Source: the human T2T-CHM13v2.0 reference genome, Homo sapiens
Direction: 5' to 3' (one strand)
Assembly (NCBI RefSeq): GCF_009914755.1
Contig: NC_060937.1
Length of the DNA: 64,000 bases
Within the stretch, counting starts at the first letter, position 1, and every line of letters starts with the position of its first letter. This document shows positions 59,924-64,000 of the stretch, in pieces. The notes under the pieces were generated by a model that was not told where the DNA came from, made no database searches, and worked only from the letters and a program-made list of their open reading frames with translations. The translations under genes were made by a program, and so were the position numbers.

Positions 59924-62124
59924 TTACTCCAATATACCCCTTATTCTTTAAATAAGCCATGATTATTTATGTTCACTCTGTGCTTTTCCCTATGCCCTTC
60001 AGATTTCTTCCTATTTTGATGCTACTTCTTGTGTAAGACTTATTTGTACGTATCCTTGGAGTGAACATTCATATTTTCTCTTCTGTGTAACACTTTGTAC
60101 TTATCTATAAATGAGGACTTTCTAATATACTCTCAATTTTATAATCTGACGTCCACCGCAAATCTATTATCTTCTTAGCTCAGCCCGATGTAGTCTTCTT
60201 TTTATCGATATTTTCTAGTTCAAAGCCTGGAATAGAGTAGAAATTCAGGAATATCTGGTAAAAATGAATTAAAATTATGAAAAAGACAAGATTTTGTCTC
60301 ATAGAAAAACACTACTGTAGCATTTTCAGCTTTAGTGTCTTTCTCTACATTTTCTCGATTTATAAGAAATGATTGCTAATAACTTTATAATAACTTTTGG
60401 TAACTATATATATTCTATTCTTGATATCACTGGAGCTGTGAATTTAAACATATTCAAATAGTTCAAGTTATCCATTGCTCACATATTCTTTATTCTCCTT
60501 AGAAATTGTGCCTTCTTATTCCTTATATATCTTCCTTGGGTTTTCTTATATGAGTTGACAGTTCAGATAATGACAGAAGGAAAAAGAAAACTGAAAGTTA
60601 CTGCCTGTTTAGTGCCATCTGCTATTATATTTCCTTTTGCTAGTTGCTCAAGGAGCAGCTTTTTAAAATTTAATTTTGGCAATACTTTTCTATACGTTTT
60701 CAGCATCCTTCCCCCTTCCTTTTTTATATGCTGCATATCTCTGATTTGGCTTCTCAAATATATTGCTTCATTTTCTACCCTGAAAAAGGTTTAAGATTTC
60801 TCTAATGCCAGTCACTTGTCAACTTTGAAAGGAATCTAGACCTAGATTGGAAAATGTTTAAGAATTAGTCTAGACATACAGGTCAGGGTAATTGAGATGC
60901 CTCTGCTTTCTGCATCCTTTCTGTCATCTTGGTTTCCAAAGATTTAAAACACAAAGGCCATTAGAGTAAGTATTACTGGGAACATAATTTTCCTTGAATC
61001 CTTTTGTCTTTCCTATCCAGTAACTTAGCTATATTATCAAAAATGCCTCAAATTTCACAGCCGTAAATGAGCACAGTATCCCTGAGAGCACTGAATATCA
61101 GCCAAATAATGCCATTTTGCTACTATGGGTTCTACCTCCATTTTTGGATGAGTTAATTTACTAAAAGTAGAAAACTAAAAGCTATATATGCTAAAATATT
61201 TATTGCAAAGTATATTTTTATATTTTCTGATCTTTTCTAAGACATAAGTTACACACACCAGACACACACACACGCAAAATTTGTTTCATTGTACTACTTT
61301 ACATTTTCCCCCATTATTTGCTTGGCTAAATTTGATCTTCTCTAACAGATCTCCACCTGCCCTGCGCCCCTTTCCTCCATTAAAATGATAAGTTCTAGAA
61401 GCCCAAGAGGACTCTTTGTAGAGGAAATTGACATGAGGATAAAAGGGAGTAAAACCAATTCATAGAGAAATTTCAAAACCAATTCAGGAATTTCAAACTT
61501 CTTCAGAAAAGAAATGAAAAATTAGTAAGTATTTGTTCAGAGGAAAAGATTTAAGCAAACTTTTGAAGTTGTTGTGAATGTGTAGGAAGAACTGGAAGAC
61601 AGACTAAAATTAAGGGATGTCAATCAGACAGATGAGGGGTAGCTATATGAGATGAAATAGTATACACATTCTATCTACTGCTATAATAATTTTAACTAGA
61701 CTGATGATAGGTAAAAGAAAAAGATAAAGGGTCTAAATATGTTTAAATTAATTTGGAAATTAATTAAATGTGAGAGGAAAGGGGCAAGAAGAGATAAAAG
61801 ATGCCTCCTAGAAAGAAAAAGGGAGCTATATTTTTAGGGTCATTATGTGCCTTATACTGAAATAAAAGAGATTTTCCTAACCCATTTCAAGATCTCCTTT
61901 TATTAAAAAAAAACTTACTGTAATTCTTGATCTACACAGAAATACTTGTAAGAAAGATAATTAGAATAATATAGGTTTGAACAATGTACAGATAGTGACA
62001 TAAGATGTCATTTGAAATGGTTAAAATTTTAGGTAAATTTAAAGAAAGTTGATTTAAACTTAGCGCTGCTTCTCTTAAAATAAATTATAATGATCATACA
62101 ATTATGGGTTACAAAAGTAATACC

Positions 62125-62530
62125 ACTCAAATGTGCATTTTACAATACAGATGATTTAGAAATATTTTAGCTGTCAAGCCTAAAAATACAATGGCATTTT
62201 AACAATTTGTATAGTAATAATGTATACACATTGACACAATGCACAGGTCATGAGTAAAGGTTGCTTACTTGTCACACAATCAATATATCTAGATAATCAG
62301 CACCCGGGTCAAGAAATAAAATGTTATCAGCATACCAAAATCACTCTTCAGTACTTCTGTCAATAACTAACTTCACTCATTTCTCTAAAGGTAATAAAAT
62401 CCTGTCTTCTATTGCATAGACTTGTTTTGCTTGTTTCTTTGAAATTCATACAATTGGAACCATTTGTTCTTTATTTATTTTCAATTACATTAAGTTTGTG
62501 AATGATCCATGACATTGTATGTAGCTATAA
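62125..62530 (-). mobile_element. L1ME-like 3' fragment
   Basis: 'ggtcaagaaataaaatgttatcagcatacc...tgtcttctattgcatagacttgttttgcttgtttctttgaaattcatacaattggaacc'. Confidence 0.6.
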
Positions 62531-62670
62531 AAATGATTAAAGCTAAAATAATAGAAAAAATAATGAGTTTTAAAACTTACAAACATCAATGAGACAATTT
62601 ATGGCTATATTTATATGTGTGCATTGGACAAGGGTACATGTGTTTTTATCTTAAGATACACCTTAGTCTG

Positions 62671-62991
62671 GGCCGGAAATGGTGGCTCAAACCTGCAAAT
62701 TCCAGCACTTTGGGAGGCTGAGGCAGGAAGATTGCTTGAGGCCAGGAGTCTCAGACCAGTCTGGGCAACATGGTGATACTGTTTCTTAAAAAAATTTTAA
62801 GTATTAGCTGGGCATGGTGGTGCATGCCCCTAGTCCCAGCTCCTCTGGAGGCTGAGATGGGAGGATCTCTTGAGCCCAGGAGTTTGAGATGGCAGTGATC
62901 TTTGATCGCGGCCCTGCATGCCAGCCTGGGTGGCAGGGCGAGAAAGTGAGACCCTATCTCTTATAGAAAGGGGGAAAAAAAGGAGAGAGAG
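62671..62991 (+). mobile_element. AluJ
   Basis: 'gattgcttgaggccaggag' and 'ggaggatctcttgagcccaggagtttgag'; TSD agatacac(c/a)ttagtctg. Confidence 0.93.
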
Positions 62992-63006
62992 AGATACACA
63001 TTAGTC

Positions 63007-63740
63007 TGAAGTGGATTTTGTTGGGTCTACTTATCTAAGCTGGAAATACATTATGCATAATTTGCTTTCCTGCAGCGTTCTGGATTAGAGTCAGCCACAA
63101 GAGACGTGCATGCATTACGATTTGGAAGGCAAAAGTACACCAGCACTTATTTTCTTGTCACATTCAGAAAATTGGTGCGAGGCACCAGGCACACTGTGGC
63201 TGTTCAAGCATATTGTTGCTGATATTCTGACTCCTTGTGGAAGTAGAGCGGCATCCAGCTTTACAGAGCATCAGCCAGATCTTTTTTTTCACTTTCTCTG
63301 AATCATGGGCAGGCAGGTGCGGCTGCTGGAGCAGGGGAATGGGCCTGCAGTTTATTTAGCTCCTGTCAGATTCCTAGCTCCAACTGCTCTAATTGCAGGG
63401 CTAGGTGTATGTTTAGCTCTATGGCAGGAGGTGCCAGCTTCTCCTGCATATCTCAAACTTCAGCAAAAGCTGGCAGCTTGGAGGTAGTGAGACACAGAGG
63501 TGAGATCCAGTTCATCAAGGCGAGTTCCAGTTTGTCTTCGCAGTCTTCTAATTCATGTCTGTCTTGCCTTCCCCACTGCTTGGCCTGCTGATTTTAGGCC
63601 TGGCCTCAGATGCAGACACCACAGCCATACACACACACTGTATAACCACTTTCCAAAATTACCTGAGGTCAAATCCTTGTAATAAATCTGTTATTCTGCA
63701 ACACTCTTAGTTAGTGGTCCTGCTTCTTTAATTACTTACT
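63007..63740 (+). mobile_element. ERVL-class solo LTR (MLT2-related)
   Basis: Start 'tgaagtggattttgttgggtctacttatctaagctggaaatacatt'; end 'aaatccttgtaataaatctg...tagtggtcctgcttct'. Confidence 0.6.
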
Positions 63741-64000
63741 ATTCTGGGGCAATTAGTTAATTATCTCAAAACAAAAAAATTTTTAGACATAGTAACACCG
63801 TTAAAATCAACTAAGTATATTAAAATATTTCAGATTGCTTATTTCTGAATGGTAAAATTCTTTATAAGTTTAAAGTGCAAGGAAACATTTATACAGATAA
63901 ACCAATTAAAAGTCAAATGTAAAAATGAAAACTTGTGAACATTTAAATATCATAAATATAAATGCCAGCAACAGATTACAAAAATATTAGGATCTTACTG

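Overview
AT-rich, repeat-dense primate genomic DNA, very probably human because it carries an AluYb8. It reads as intergenic or deep-intronic. I find no supportable protein-coding exon, RNA gene or CpG island. The longer ORFs that resemble anything fall in Alu, THE1/MST, LTR12, L1 or microsatellite sequence, and the rest look like chance ORFs. The window holds about 16 Alus, old L1M/L2/MIR fragments, one 5'-inverted L1PA, a four-LTR MaLR (MSTA/THE1) cluster, a decayed ERVL provirus (protease, RT, dUTPase and integrase-tail relics), several solo LTRs (MER39-like, MER50, LTR12, MLT1/2, LTR16/33-like) and DNA-transposon fossils. The most notable non-standard structures are (i) a 218-bp templated insertion copied from 3.8 kb upstream, with a 43-bp target duplication, junction microhomology and a snap-back inverted filler, and (ii) an unassigned ~250-bp imperfect palindrome at 46934-47180. 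Repeat subfamily names come from recalled consensus sequences and need RepeatMasker/Dfam confirmation. I see no evidence of a new multi-gene system.
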